Positions 48,611 through 57,428 of a DNA stretch of 64,000 nucleotides are shown piece by piece. Both the position numbers and the translations under genes were made by a program. The notes below the pieces were generated by a model. That model saw nothing but the letters and a program-made list of their open reading frames with translations, did not search any database and was not told the origin of the DNA. Source of the stretch: Parcubacteria group bacterium (lineage in GTDB: Bacteria > Patescibacteriota > Minisyncoccia > Phycocordibacterales > Phycocordibacteraceae). The number at the start of each line of letters is the position of its first letter. Positions within the stretch are counted from its first letter, which is position 1. The DNA is taken from positions 124,219 to 188,218 of the forward strand of contig JAQBRE010000002.1 of NCBI GenBank assembly GCA_028286605.1, written 5' to 3'.

Positions 48611-49309
48611 ATGACTCACACCGTACATCCTTACGCACACCGACTCGGCATCATTCGCGATTGGCGAAGCCGTTGGTTCGCTACAGACAAGAGGACTTAT
48701 CGCGAGAACATCCTCGTTGATGAGACTATCCGTGCCTTCCTCAAGAAGAAGCTCCGCAACATGCACATCGCAGAGATCGAGATCGAGCGCTCAGCAAGCG
48801 AGGTTCGCGTCATCCTCCACACCGCTCGTCCAGGCCTCGTAATCGGCCGTTCAGGCGAGAATGCGACGAAGATCCGCAAGGAACTCAGCCAGGCAGTCAT
48901 GAAGGTCGCTTCGAAGCATGGTCGCACTATCAAGCTCGACATCATGGAGATCCGCCAGCCGGAAACATCTGCAGCAGTCGTCGGCATGATGGTCGTCGAA
49001 GGTCTCGAGAAGCGCATGCCGTTCCGCCGTGTGCTTAAGCAGACGGTTGAGAAGGTTATGGCCGTTCGCGACGTTATCGGCGTTCGTGTGGTCGTTTCAG
49101 GCCGCCTGGGCGGTGCTGACATGAGCCGCACCGAGCAGATCAAGCGCGGCCGTATCCCGCTTCAGACCTTCCGCGCGAACATCGATTACTTCCATCAGGA
49201 AGCACTCCTTCCGTATGGCATCATCGGCGTGAAGGTGTGGATCTACCTCGGCGATCAGTTCTCTGCAGACAACGCGCCTGCGACTACTCCTAACAGCCGC
49301 ACTAAGTAA
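48611..49309 (+). CDS. rpsC: 30S ribosomal protein S3
   Basis: HP...RLG...W.S.W, RPG.VIGR.G, SGRLGGA, GRIPLQT.RA.IDY. Confidence 0.97.
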   Translation: MTHTVHPYAHRLGIIRDWRSRWFATDKRTYRENILVDETIRAFLKKKLRNMHIAEIEIERSASEVRVILHTARPGLVIGRSGENATKIRKELSQAVMKVASKHGRTIKLDIMEIRQPETSAAVVGMMVVEGLEKRMPFRRVLKQTVEKVMAVRDVIGVRVVVSGRLGGADMSRTEQIKRGRIPLQTFRANIDYFHQEALLPYGIIGVKVWIYLGDQFSADNAPATTPNSRTK

Positions 49310-49315
49310 CCTGGT

Positions 49316-49738
49316 ATGTTGTTCCCTAAAAAAGTTAAGCATCGCAAGTGGCAGACAGGACGTAAAAGTCCTGAGAAGCTTGCTCGTCCTGACACCCGCG
49401 GTATCAACGTGTCATTCGGTTCATACGGCATGAAGGCGACGACGGCATCCCGCGTTACCTCTAACCAGATCGAAGCGGCACGTAAGGTACTTACGCGCGC
49501 GACAGGAAAGGGAGGCAAGCTCTGGATTCGCATCTTTCCGGACCGTCCTATCACCGAGAAGGCAGCTGGTCTGAAGATGGGTAAGGGAAAGGGGGATCCG
49601 AAGCACTTCGTATTCGAGGTACATCCAGGACGCGTACTCTTCGAGCTCGATGGTGTTGCAGACACGATCGCACGCGACGCTATGCGTCGCGCCGGCTCGA
49701 AGCTTCCGCTTAAGACGACCGTCGTCACTCGCATATAA
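49316..49738 (+). CDS. rplP: 50S ribosomal protein L16
   Basis: PKKVK.RK, QIEAAR, WIRIFPD.P, MGKGKG. Confidence 0.97.
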   Translation: MLFPKKVKHRKWQTGRKSPEKLARPDTRGINVSFGSYGMKATTASRVTSNQIEAARKVLTRATGKGGKLWIRIFPDRPITEKAAGLKMGKGKGDPKHFVFEVHPGRVLFELDGVADTIARDAMRRAGSKLPLKTTVVTRI

Positions 49739-49744
49739 ATTCGT

Positions 49745-49957
49745 ATGGCAAAGAAAACTAAACTCACAGAAAAGAACGCGGTAGAGCTCAAGAAGATGCT
49801 CGTCGAGATGCGCGAAGAGCTTCGCGTGACTCGCTTCGCATCGGTAGGCGCTCGTCCGAAGGACACGGCTGCACACGGCCGCATCCGCAAGGAAATCGCA
49901 CGCGTGCTCTACGAGCTCGGTATGCGCACTAAAGCTGCATCGAACGCAACTGCATAA
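49745..49957 (+). CDS. rpmC: 50S ribosomal protein L29
   Basis: IRKEIARV motif; position between rplP and rpsQ. Confidence 0.9.
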   Translation: MAKKTKLTEKNAVELKKMLVEMREELRVTRFASVGARPKDTAAHGRIRKEIARVLYELGMRTKAASNATA

Positions 49958-49965
49958 TATCTACT

Positions 49966-50217
49966 ATGGAAACAACTACTATTCGCCCCCAGACCTTCAA
50001 CGGAACTGTCGTAAAGACGGCCATGAAGGACACGGCTACTGTCGCAGTATCCCGTTACGTGAAGCACCCTAAGTACAAGAAGTACCAGGTGCGCACGAAG
50101 AAGTTCCTCGTGCATGACCCGGAGAACACCGCGAAGGTCGGTGATCAGGTTACTATCGTAGCCTGCCGCCCTATCTCGAAGCTCAAGCGCTTCAAGCTTT
50201 CGACTGCTACCGTATAA
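49966..50217 (+). CDS. rpsQ: 30S ribosomal protein S17
   Basis: G.VV...M..T, HPKY.K, HD, RPISK.KRF. Confidence 0.96.
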   Translation: METTTIRPQTFNGTVVKTAMKDTATVAVSRYVKHPKYKKYQVRTKKFLVHDPENTAKVGDQVTIVACRPISKLKRFKLSTATV

Positions 50218-50239
50218 TTTTTTTACTAACTACTTATTT

Positions 50240-50617
50240 ATGCTTCAGCCACAATCAATCGTCACCGTTGCAGATAACTCAGGCGGCAAAGTCGCTCGCG
50301 TTTTCAAGGTGCTCGGTGGCTCGAAGCGCCGCTATGCGCAGCTCGGCGATGTCGTCGTCGTTTCTATCCAGACTGCTGAGCCCCGCAAAGCCGTTAAGAA
50401 GAAGGACATCTACAAGGCGGTCGTCGTACGCCAGAAGAAGGCGTTCCGTCGCGCTAACGGTTCATACATCCGCTTCGATGAGAACGCAGTCGTTCTTATC
50501 GAGAAGCAGGGTAAGGAAATGGGTCCTAAGGGTAACCGCGTATTCGGCCCGGTACCACGCGACCTCATAGAGCGCGGATGGCAGAACATCGCGTCCATCG
50601 CGCCTGAAGTCGTCTAA
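50240..50617 (+). CDS. rplN: 50S ribosomal protein L14
   Basis: VADNSG, IRFDENAVV, RVFGPV.R, APEVV. Confidence 0.97.
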   Translation: MLQPQSIVTVADNSGGKVARVFKVLGGSKRRYAQLGDVVVVSIQTAEPRKAVKKKDIYKAVVVRQKKAFRRANGSYIRFDENAVVLIEKQGKEMGPKGNRVFGPVPRDLIERGWQNIASIAPEVV

Positions 50618-50627
50618 TCTTTTGAAT

Positions 50628-50894
50628 ATGAAAATGAAACTCAAGAAAGGCGACAACGTAATAGTGGTATCCGGAAAGGATAAGGGAAAGACTGGCACGA
50701 TCAGCCGCGCATTTCCTAGCACCGGTCAGGTTGTTATCGACGGCGTTGCTATGGTGAAGCGTCACCTCAAGGCAGGCCGCAATGGTCAGGACTCCGGTTC
50801 GATCGTTGAGCGCCCTCGCGCTATCGACGCGTCGAACGTCATGTTCGTAGACGTTAAGACGAAGAAGGGGACTCGTAAGGTAACGCGCGCATAA
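50628..50894 (+). CDS. rplX: 50S ribosomal protein L24 (short C-terminus)
   Basis: KKGD.V.V.SGKDKGK.G KOW motif, SNVM. Confidence 0.95.
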   Translation: MKMKLKKGDNVIVVSGKDKGKTGTISRAFPSTGQVVIDGVAMVKRHLKAGRNGQDSGSIVERPRAIDASNVMFVDVKTKKGTRKVTRA

Positions 50895-50904
50895 TCAATT
50901 TTTT

Positions 50905-51450
50905 ATGATTATCACCAAAGAAAAACAGAAGAACGCATTCGACACCCTCAAGGGTGAGTTCGGCTACAGCAACGTGATGGCAGCTCCTCGCCTCCAGAAG
51001 ATCGTCGTATCTTCAGGCGTCGGAAAGGCTCGTGATAAGAACCGCAACAAGCTCGTTGCAGATCGTCTTGCACGCATCACCGGCCAGAAGCCTTCGGAGC
51101 GCGTTGCAAAGCAGTCCATCGCATCGTTCAAGCTTCGTGAAGGCGAAATCGTGGGCTACCAGGTTACGCTCCGCGGCGCTCGCATGCAGGACTTCCTCGA
51201 CAAGCTCGTGAACATCGCGCTTCCACGTACGCGCGACTTCCGCGGCCTTTCGGTAAAGTCTATCGACGCTATGGGCAACTACACGATCGGTATCCGCGAG
51301 AACAGCATCTTCCCTGAGACTTCGGAAGAAGACCTCAAGGATGTGTTCGGCCTTTCGATCACGCTCGTGACTACCGCTACCGGCAAGCAAGAGGCAGAAG
51401 CGTTCTATCGCCACCTCGGTCTTCCGCTCAAGGTTGAAACGAAGGCGTAA
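50905..51450 (+). CDS. rplE: 50S ribosomal protein L5
   Basis: ITGQKP, SIASFKLREG, VTLRG, LPR.RDFRG. Confidence 0.97.
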   Translation: MIITKEKQKNAFDTLKGEFGYSNVMAAPRLQKIVVSSGVGKARDKNRNKLVADRLARITGQKPSERVAKQSIASFKLREGEIVGYQVTLRGARMQDFLDKLVNIALPRTRDFRGLSVKSIDAMGNYTIGIRENSIFPETSEEDLKDVFGLSITLVTTATGKQEAEAFYRHLGLPLKVETKA

Positions 51451-51461
51451 ACCATCAGATG

Positions 51462-51498
51462 CAATGAAAAAGCCCCGCAACGCGGGGCTTTTTCATTG
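51462..51498. terminator. Terminator after rplE
   Basis: CAATGAAAAAGCCCCGC-AAC-GCGGGGCTTTTTCATTG. Confidence 0.85.
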
Positions 51499-51560
51499 AC
51501 CCGCTTAGTAATCAAGAGTATATAGAAAAAGGTTGGCGAATTGTACGTAGGAGTTTTGAA

Positions 51561-51758
51561 ATGCCACGAAGAAATTCGAGTCCCCAATATGGACCGGAGA
51601 AAACCAAGAAGGCCAGGAAGAACGAAGTCTGGGTCGGAGCAAAACTGTTCTATCTCGACGATAGAACGGGGAAGGTAATGGTGGCTGAATCCGACATGGA
51701 TCCCTACCTAGCGCCCCTTGAGGACATTCCTCAGAGGCTTCGCGCTCTATTACCCTAA
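51561..51758 (+). CDS. Small hypothetical protein cassette between rplE and rpsN
   Basis: TTGACC(51496)-17-TATATA promoter, SD AGGAG, terminator at ~51778-51804. Confidence 0.6.
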   Translation: MPRRNSSPQYGPEKTKKARKNEVWVGAKLFYLDDRTGKVMVAESDMDPYLAPLEDIPQRLRALLP

Positions 51759-51955
51759 TTCGTTCATTCTGACACCCAAGGCCCTGCGGAAACGTGGGGC
51801 CTTTCCATTTGCGCATACATATTCAGGTGTACCGTACGCAGATGTGACGCCGGCCGAACGCGTTCTCGAACCCGCCTAAGCAGGCCTTTGCAGGCTAGAG
51901 CCTGCACTAAAGCACCCCCGAAGCCTTGGCTTCGGGGGTGTCTGTCTTCATCAAT

Positions 51956-52012
51956 TTGACAGCCTAAATACTAACTGATACATTACTTGCACGCTCTCCG
52001 GAGCTCTTTTTC
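51956..52012 (+). promoter_or_regulatory. rpsN promoter with mini-hairpin+U-tract leader
   Basis: TTGACA(51956)-17-TACATT(51979); GCTC-TCCG-GAGC-TCTTTTT. Confidence 0.6.
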
Positions 52013-52014
52013 GT

Positions 52015-52284
52015 ATGGCAAAAAAATCCCAAATCGCCCGCAACGCCAAGAAGGTGAAGCTCGTCGCGCAGTACGCTGAAAAGCGGGCTGCTCTTAAGGC
52101 TGCAGGTGACTGGGAAGGTCTTCAGCTCCTACCGAAGAATTCGTCTCCGGTACGCGTAAAGAATCGTTGTGCTATCACGGGCCGTGGACGTGGCTATATG
52201 CGCACGTTCGGTCTTTCTCGCATCCAGTTCCGCGAGATGGCTCGCGAAGGGAAGATCCCGGGCGTTAAGAAAGCATCTTGGTAA
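52015..52284 (+). CDS. rpsN: 30S ribosomal protein S14, 89-aa zinc-independent (C-) type
   Basis: [39 protein letters not shown]; only one Cys. Confidence 0.96.
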   Translation: MAKKSQIARNAKKVKLVAQYAEKRAALKAAGDWEGLQLLPKNSSPVRVKNRCAITGRGRGYMRTFGLSRIQFREMAREGKIPGVKKASW

Positions 52285-52293
52285 TATTTTTGT

Positions 52294-52686
52294 ATGGTAT
52301 CTGACCGCGTAGGAGATTTTATAATTCGTTTGAAGAATGCTGGAGCTATCGGTAATCCGATGGTAACGGCGCCGCACTCCAAGCATGTGGAGGCGATCGC
52401 GAACAAGCTTAAGGAGCTCGGCTTCGTAGAGCGCGTCGAAGTTTCGAAGACTGCGCCTATGCAGATCACGGTGAAGCTCGCCTATGATGAGCGCGGTACT
52501 CACAAGATCACTGATGTGAAGCGCATTTCAAAGCCAGGTCGTCGTCTCTATGTTTCTTCGACGGAAGCGCATAGCGTTAAGAACGGCATGGGTGCTCGCA
52601 TCCTTTCGACTCCTAAGGGAATCCTTACGGACAAGGAAGCTCGCAAGGTACGCGCTGGCGGAGAGAATCTCTTCGAGATCTGGTAA
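52294..52686 (+). CDS. rpsH: 30S ribosomal protein S8
   Basis: D...D..IRLKNA, RISKPGRR.Y, STPKG.LT. Confidence 0.96.
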   Translation: MVSDRVGDFIIRLKNAGAIGNPMVTAPHSKHVEAIANKLKELGFVERVEVSKTAPMQITVKLAYDERGTHKITDVKRISKPGRRLYVSSTEAHSVKNGMGARILSTPKGILTDKEARKVRAGGENLFEIW

Positions 52687-52696
52687 TTATTTACAT

Positions 52697-53230
52697 ATGA
52701 GCCGCCTAGCTAAGAAACCAATTCAGATCCCTGCGAAAGTAACGGTCACCTCAGGTGACGGCATGCTTACCGTGAAGGGCTCTAAGGACACGCTCTCGCA
52801 GTCCATCCATTCTTCGATCTCTATCAATGTTACGGACGAAGGCGTGGTTATCACCCAGAACAACTCGAGCAAGCTTTCAAAGGCTCTCACCGGAACTTTC
52901 GCTGCACTTCTTAATTCGATGATGCTCGGCGTCGAGACACCGTTCAAGAAGACGCTCATCCTTAACGGCGTCGGATACAAGGTAGAGCTTCGCGGCAATG
53001 AACTCGTCTTTGCAGTTGGTTTCTCGCACCCTGTCGTTCTTAAGGTTCCAGAAGGCATCACGGCAACGGTAGTTAAGACGACTATTACGATCGAAGGTTC
53101 AGACAAGCAGAAGGTCGGCCAGTTCTCCGCAGAAGTCCGTGCCGTTAAGCCGCCAGAGCCGTATCTCGGAAAGGGCATCAAGTACGACACTGAAGTGATT
53201 CGTCGCAAGCAGGGCAAGAAGGCCGTATAA
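52697..53230 (+). CDS. rplF: 50S ribosomal protein L6
   Basis: [29 protein letters not shown]. Confidence 0.97.
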   Translation: MSRLAKKPIQIPAKVTVTSGDGMLTVKGSKDTLSQSIHSSISINVTDEGVVITQNNSSKLSKALTGTFAALLNSMMLGVETPFKKTLILNGVGYKVELRGNELVFAVGFSHPVVLKVPEGITATVVKTTITIEGSDKQKVGQFSAEVRAVKPPEPYLGKGIKYDTEVIRRKQGKKAV

Positions 53231-53235
53231 CATTT

Positions 53236-53577
53236 ATGATTACCTCAACCAAAGCACTCCGCGTTCGTCGCCATGCACGCATCCGTTCCCGCGTTTCGGG
53301 TACGCCTGCTCGCCCGCGCCTCGCTATTCACCGCTCGAACCGTTTCGTTTCAGCGCAGGTTATCGACGATGTCGCTGGCAAGACGCTTGCAAGCGCGCAC
53401 GGCCGCGAGTTCAAGGGTGCACAGACATTGCAGGCAGCTGCAGTAGGGAAGGCTATCGCAGAGCGCGCGAAGGCGGCTGGCGTAGAGACCGTGGTCTTCG
53501 ACCGCGGAGGATACTCGTACGCAGCGCAGGTTAAGAAGCTTGCTGACGCAGCACGCGAAGGCGGACTCGCATTCTAA
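53236..53577 (+). CDS. rplR: 50S ribosomal protein L18
   Basis: RPRL...RSN, AQVIDD, VVFDRGG, AREGGL.F. Confidence 0.97.
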   Translation: MITSTKALRVRRHARIRSRVSGTPARPRLAIHRSNRFVSAQVIDDVAGKTLASAHGREFKGAQTLQAAAVGKAIAERAKAAGVETVVFDRGGYSYAAQVKKLADAAREGGLAF

Positions 53578-53582
53578 TTTTT

Positions 53583-54230
53583 ATGACTGACACCATGACC
53601 GAAACTGAAATCACTCCTGAGGTTGCTCCTGTAGCAGCTGAGGTAGCGGCTGCGCCTGTCGTAGACGCTGCAGCACCAGCGGCACCTGCAGCAGACCCGC
53701 GTGCGGGCTCATTCCGCGGAAGTGATCGTGGTGGCCGCCCAGGCGGACGTCCCGGAGGTCGCCCTGGTGGCCGTCCCCGCGAACGCGCTCCTCGTGAGCG
53801 CAGCGAGTTCGAGCAGGCTACGCTCGAGGTACGTCGCGTGGCCCGCGTTATGGCCGGAGGCCGCCGCTTCTCGTTCAGCGTTACGGTAGTTATCGGTGAT
53901 AAGAAAGGACGTGTCGGCGTCGGTATCGGAAAGGGTGCAGATACGGCACTCGCTATCGACAAGGCAGTCCGTTCAGCTAAGAAGGCGCTCTTCACCGTTC
54001 CTCTTACCAAGGATCGTTCTATCCGCCACGAAGTACATGCGAAGTACGCATCGAGCGTCGTGGAAATCATTCCTTCGCCAGGCCGCGGTATCGTTGCAGG
54101 TTCGGCTATGCGCGTCGTGCTCGAGCACGCGGGCGTTACGAACGTGATCGCGAAGATCCAGACACGCACGAAGAACAAGCTCACCATCGCACGCGCGACG
54201 GTCGCCGCGCTTAAGCAGCTCAAAGGCTAA
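53583..54230 (+). CDS. rpsE: 30S ribosomal protein S5 with N-terminal Ala/Pro and GGRP-repeat extension
   Basis: RV..V..GGRRFSF, GDKKGRVGVG.GK, GIVAG. Confidence 0.96.
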   Translation: MTDTMTETEITPEVAPVAAEVAAAPVVDAAAPAAPAADPRAGSFRGSDRGGRPGGRPGGRPGGRPRERAPRERSEFEQATLEVRRVARVMAGGRRFSFSVTVVIGDKKGRVGVGIGKGADTALAIDKAVRSAKKALFTVPLTKDRSIRHEVHAKYASSVVEIIPSPGRGIVAGSAMRVVLEHAGVTNVIAKIQTRTKNKLTIARATVAALKQLKG

Positions 54231-54250
54231 TACGCGTCACTACAATTTTT

Positions 54251-54706
54251 ATGCAAACAAACACTCTCGCCCCTAAGACTGATCGCATCACTTCGATGCG
54301 TGTTGGTCGTGGCGGAACACGCGGCAAGACTTCGGGTCGTGGTACTAAGGGTCAGAACGCACGTGCAGGACACAAGAAGCGTCCTGAATTCCGTGACCTC
54401 ATCAAGAAGATGCCGAAGCGCCGTGGATACGGTAAGAACCGTTCTCGTACCGTACGCCCTCGCATCGGATACACCGGCGTAAACCTCGCTGCGCTTGAGA
54501 ATCACTTCAATGCTGGCGATGCTATCACTCCGATCGCTCTCCTTCAGAAGGATCTCGTCGGTAGCCGCGGCGGCTACCTCACGCAGGTGAAGATCCTCGG
54601 TACCGGAACTCTCACGAAGAGCTTCACCGTTACCGGCTGCCTGTTCTCAGAAGCTGCAAAGACGGCTATCGAGGCAGCAGGAGGTACAATCTCCTATGGT
54701 GAGTAA
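54251..54706 (+). CDS. rplO: 50S ribosomal protein L15
   Basis: RVGRGG.RGKTSGRG.KGQ.AR, KILG.G, IEAAGG. Confidence 0.96.
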   Translation: MQTNTLAPKTDRITSMRVGRGGTRGKTSGRGTKGQNARAGHKKRPEFRDLIKKMPKRRGYGKNRSRTVRPRIGYTGVNLAALENHFNAGDAITPIALLQKDLVGSRGGYLTQVKILGTGTLTKSFTVTGCLFSEAAKTAIEAAGGTISYGE

Positions 54707-55961
54707 ATTCTTTCGCAAGCTCGGACTTATCTTCGCCGACAAGGCGCTCCGCAACCGCATCCTATTTCTTCTAGGAGCTATCGCCGTATTCCGTTTCCTC
54801 GCTGCTATTCCGATTCCAGGCGTCGATCGCACGGCACTGCAGGCATTCTTCGTGAACAATCAGTACCTCGGCCTCCTGAACGTATTCTCGGGCGGCGGCT
54901 TCTCGCACGTATCCATCGTGCTTCTTGGTGTTGGTCCGTACATCACGGCATCTATCATCATGCAGCTCGCGACGGTTATCTTCCCGAAGGTGAAGGAGAT
55001 GTACACCGAAGAGGGCGAGGCAGGACGCACGCAATTCATTTCTATATCCCGCATGATCACGATTCCGATCGCGATCCTTCAGGCCGTCGCATTTCTCTCG
55101 CTCCTTGAGAGCCAGCACGTGCTTCTTACGCTTACGCCATTCGCGTTCGCGATAAACGTATTCCTCGTTGCTGCCGGCTCCATCCTACTTATGTGGATCG
55201 GCGAGCTCATCACGGAATTCGGTATCGGTAACGGCGTTTCGCTCATCATCTTCGCCGGCATCATCGCACGCATTCCATCTGGTGTTTCTCAGGCGCTCTT
55301 CAGCGCATCGACATCGAACATTCCCGCATACCTGGGCTTCGCGCTTCTTGCGGTCGCGGTGGTATACGCGGTGGTGCTCGTTTCAGAAGCTGAGCGTTCG
55401 ATTCCTATCGCATACGCGCGCCAGGTTCGTGGCGGCATCAGCGCGGCAACCTATCTTCCTATCCGTCTCCTTCAGGCTGGCGTGATTCCTATAATCTTCG
55501 CTCTTTCGCTCCTGCTCCTTCCGCAGATGCTTTTCTCGGCACTTGCCTCTATCGGCGTTAGCTGGGCAACGGGCCTCGCGACGGGCTACGCCGTCTTCAC
55601 GGGCAATCCATTCGCATACGGCACGGCATACTTCCTGCTCGTTATCATGTTCACGTTCTTCTACACGACCATCACCTTCGAGCCCAAGCGCGTCGCAGAC
55701 AATCTTCAGAAGTCCGGTGCATTCGTTCCTGGCGTTCGTCCTGGAAACGAAACGGAAAATTATATCGGTAAGATCGTTACGCGCATCACGCTTCCAGGCG
55801 CTATCTTCCTTGGTTTCGTTGCCGTCATTCCATTCATCATCGAAGGACTCACAGGTATCACTGCCGTGCTCGTCGGCGGTACCGCGCTCCTTATTGCGGT
55901 TCAGGTATTGCTTGATCTCATCCGCAAGATCGATGCGCACGCATCGTTGAAGGAATATTAG
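54696..55961 (+). CDS. secY: Preprotein translocase subunit SecY
   Basis: LGVGPYITASII.QL, GIGNG.SLIIFAGI, AGVIPIIFA, PGVRPG, GGT.LLI.V. Confidence 0.98.
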   Translation: MVSKFFRKLGLIFADKALRNRILFLLGAIAVFRFLAAIPIPGVDRTALQAFFVNNQYLGLLNVFSGGGFSHVSIVLLGVGPYITASIIMQLATVIFPKVKEMYTEEGEAGRTQFISISRMITIPIAILQAVAFLSLLESQHVLLTLTPFAFAINVFLVAAGSILLMWIGELITEFGIGNGVSLIIFAGIIARIPSGVSQALFSASTSNIPAYLGFALLAVAVVYAVVLVSEAERSIPIAYARQVRGGISAATYLPIRLLQAGVIPIIFALSLLLLPQMLFSALASIGVSWATGLATGYAVFTGNPFAYGTAYFLLVIMFTFFYTTITFEPKRVADNLQKSGAFVPGVRPGNETENYIGKIVTRITLPGAIFLGFVAVIPFIIEGLTGITAVLVGGTALLIAVQVLLDLIRKIDAHASLKEY

Positions 55962-55989
55962 AAAAAACCGGCCTATGGCCGGTTTTTTC
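55961..55989. terminator. Terminator after secY
   Basis: GAAAAAACCGGCC-TAT-GGCCGGTTTTTTC. Confidence 0.8.
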
Positions 55990-56009
55990 GTACATGCTAC
56001 ATTTTGTAT

Positions 56010-56582
56010 ATGAACGAGCCCAAGACCGTATTTTTCATAGGCAAGCCTGGTTCCGGAAAGGGAACGCAGGCTAAGCTGCTTGGCGACCGTACTGGCTGGA
56101 CCGTGCTTGGTGCCGGCTCTGAATTCCGCGCCATTGCTGAGGAAAACACGCTCGTGGGCCGCAAGATAAAGCGCGAAATGGGTCAGGGATTGCTCGCGCC
56201 GCACTGGTTCGCTATGTACCTGTATCAGAAAGCGCTTTTCTCCGTTTCTGAAGATACGAGCGTCATATTCGATGGATTCAGTCGCAAGCCCGAAGAAGCT
56301 GAGTTGATTATTTCTTCGCTTACATGGATCGGCAGAACATTCCACGTTCTGAACATAAATGTTTCTGACGAAGAGGTAACGCGCCGTTTGGTCGGTCGCG
56401 CGCAGACATCAGGCCGTGTTGATGACGGTAAGTTCGCCGTTGAAGAGCGCTTGCAAGAGTATCAGGAATATACGACAAAATCGCTCGATATCTTTCGAAC
56501 GATGGGTGTACTGATAGACATTAACGGCGAACAGACTCCTGATGCTATTGCAGTGGATGTTGCTCTGGCACTCGGCCTTTAA
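56010..56582 (+). CDS. adk: Adenylate kinase family (short-LID) nucleoside monophosphate kinase
   Basis: GKPGSGKGTQA P-loop, FDGF.R, R.DD; position after secY. Confidence 0.88.
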   Translation: MNEPKTVFFIGKPGSGKGTQAKLLGDRTGWTVLGAGSEFRAIAEENTLVGRKIKREMGQGLLAPHWFAMYLYQKALFSVSEDTSVIFDGFSRKPEEAELIISSLTWIGRTFHVLNINVSDEEVTRRLVGRAQTSGRVDDGKFAVEERLQEYQEYTTKSLDIFRTMGVLIDINGEQTPDAIAVDVALALGL

Positions 56583-56586
56583 TTTT

Positions 56587-57360
56587 ATGAACGTACGAAC
56601 TGTAGAAGAGCGAACTAATTTACTTGAAGCAGGACGCCGTTTCGGCGTCATTCTTGAAGCGCTTATGGCCGAGGTGAAGCCAGGTGTTACGACAGGCGAG
56701 CTTGATGCATCTGCAGAGAAGATGATTCGTGACGGAGGTGATGACCCTGTATTCAAGGGCTACACCCCAGAGGGTGCGAACCGACCGTTCCCAGCGGCGC
56801 TCTGTATTTCAGTGAATGATGAGGTAGTGCACGGCATTCCAGGTGCTCGCGTCCTTAAGGAAGGCGACATCGTTTCGCTCGACCTCGGCCTTTCGCATAA
56901 AGGAATGATCGTCGATTCTGCTGTAACGGTGCCGGTAGGGAAGACGGATGCGAAGTCGTATGCGCTCATGGACACGACGCGCATGGCGCTTGATACTGCT
57001 ATCGCTGCAGCACGCGTGGGTAATCGTATCGGAGACATCTCACATGCCACGGAAGAAGCATATGAAGGATCAGGTTTTTCTGTCGTACGTATATTGGGAG
57101 GTCATGGCGTCGGAGCGCAGGTGCACGAAGAACCGTTCGTTGCGAATGTCGGGCATCCGGGAACGGGGGAGGAAATCGTAGACGGCATGGTGCTTGCGCT
57201 CGAGCCGATCGCGAACGCAGGACGTGCAGGCGTGCACATTCTTCCAGACGGTTATACCTTCACTACGAAAGACGGTTCGCGCAGCGCGCATTTCGAACAC
57301 ACTATCTTGATTGAGAAGGAGGGAACGATCGTCGTTACGAAGCGTCCGAGCGAGTCCTAG
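56587..57360 (+). CDS. map: Methionine aminopeptidase type I
   Basis: CISVNDEVVHGIP, D.G....DSA, GHGVG...HEEP, SAHFEHT. Confidence 0.96.
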   Translation: MNVRTVEERTNLLEAGRRFGVILEALMAEVKPGVTTGELDASAEKMIRDGGDDPVFKGYTPEGANRPFPAALCISVNDEVVHGIPGARVLKEGDIVSLDLGLSHKGMIVDSAVTVPVGKTDAKSYALMDTTRMALDTAIAAARVGNRIGDISHATEEAYEGSGFSVVRILGGHGVGAQVHEEPFVANVGHPGTGEEIVDGMVLALEPIANAGRAGVHILPDGYTFTTKDGSRSAHFEHTILIEKEGTIVVTKRPSES

Positions 57361-57428
57361 TTCATCAGCTTTTAATAAAGAGGTGCGTACGATGCAGGAA
57401 TACTAGCTTGTAACCTAATATCAACTTT

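Noticed and set aside
53730-53780. Tandem repeat in rpsE
   Set aside because: It is a protein-level GGRP repeat with synonymous variation, not a DNA repeat element.
55383-56345. Long antisense or overlapping ORFs (for example 55383-56345, 43417-44082, 53531-54223, 9530-10123)
   Set aside because: They are shadow frames of strongly codon-biased genes and have no motifs or expression signals.
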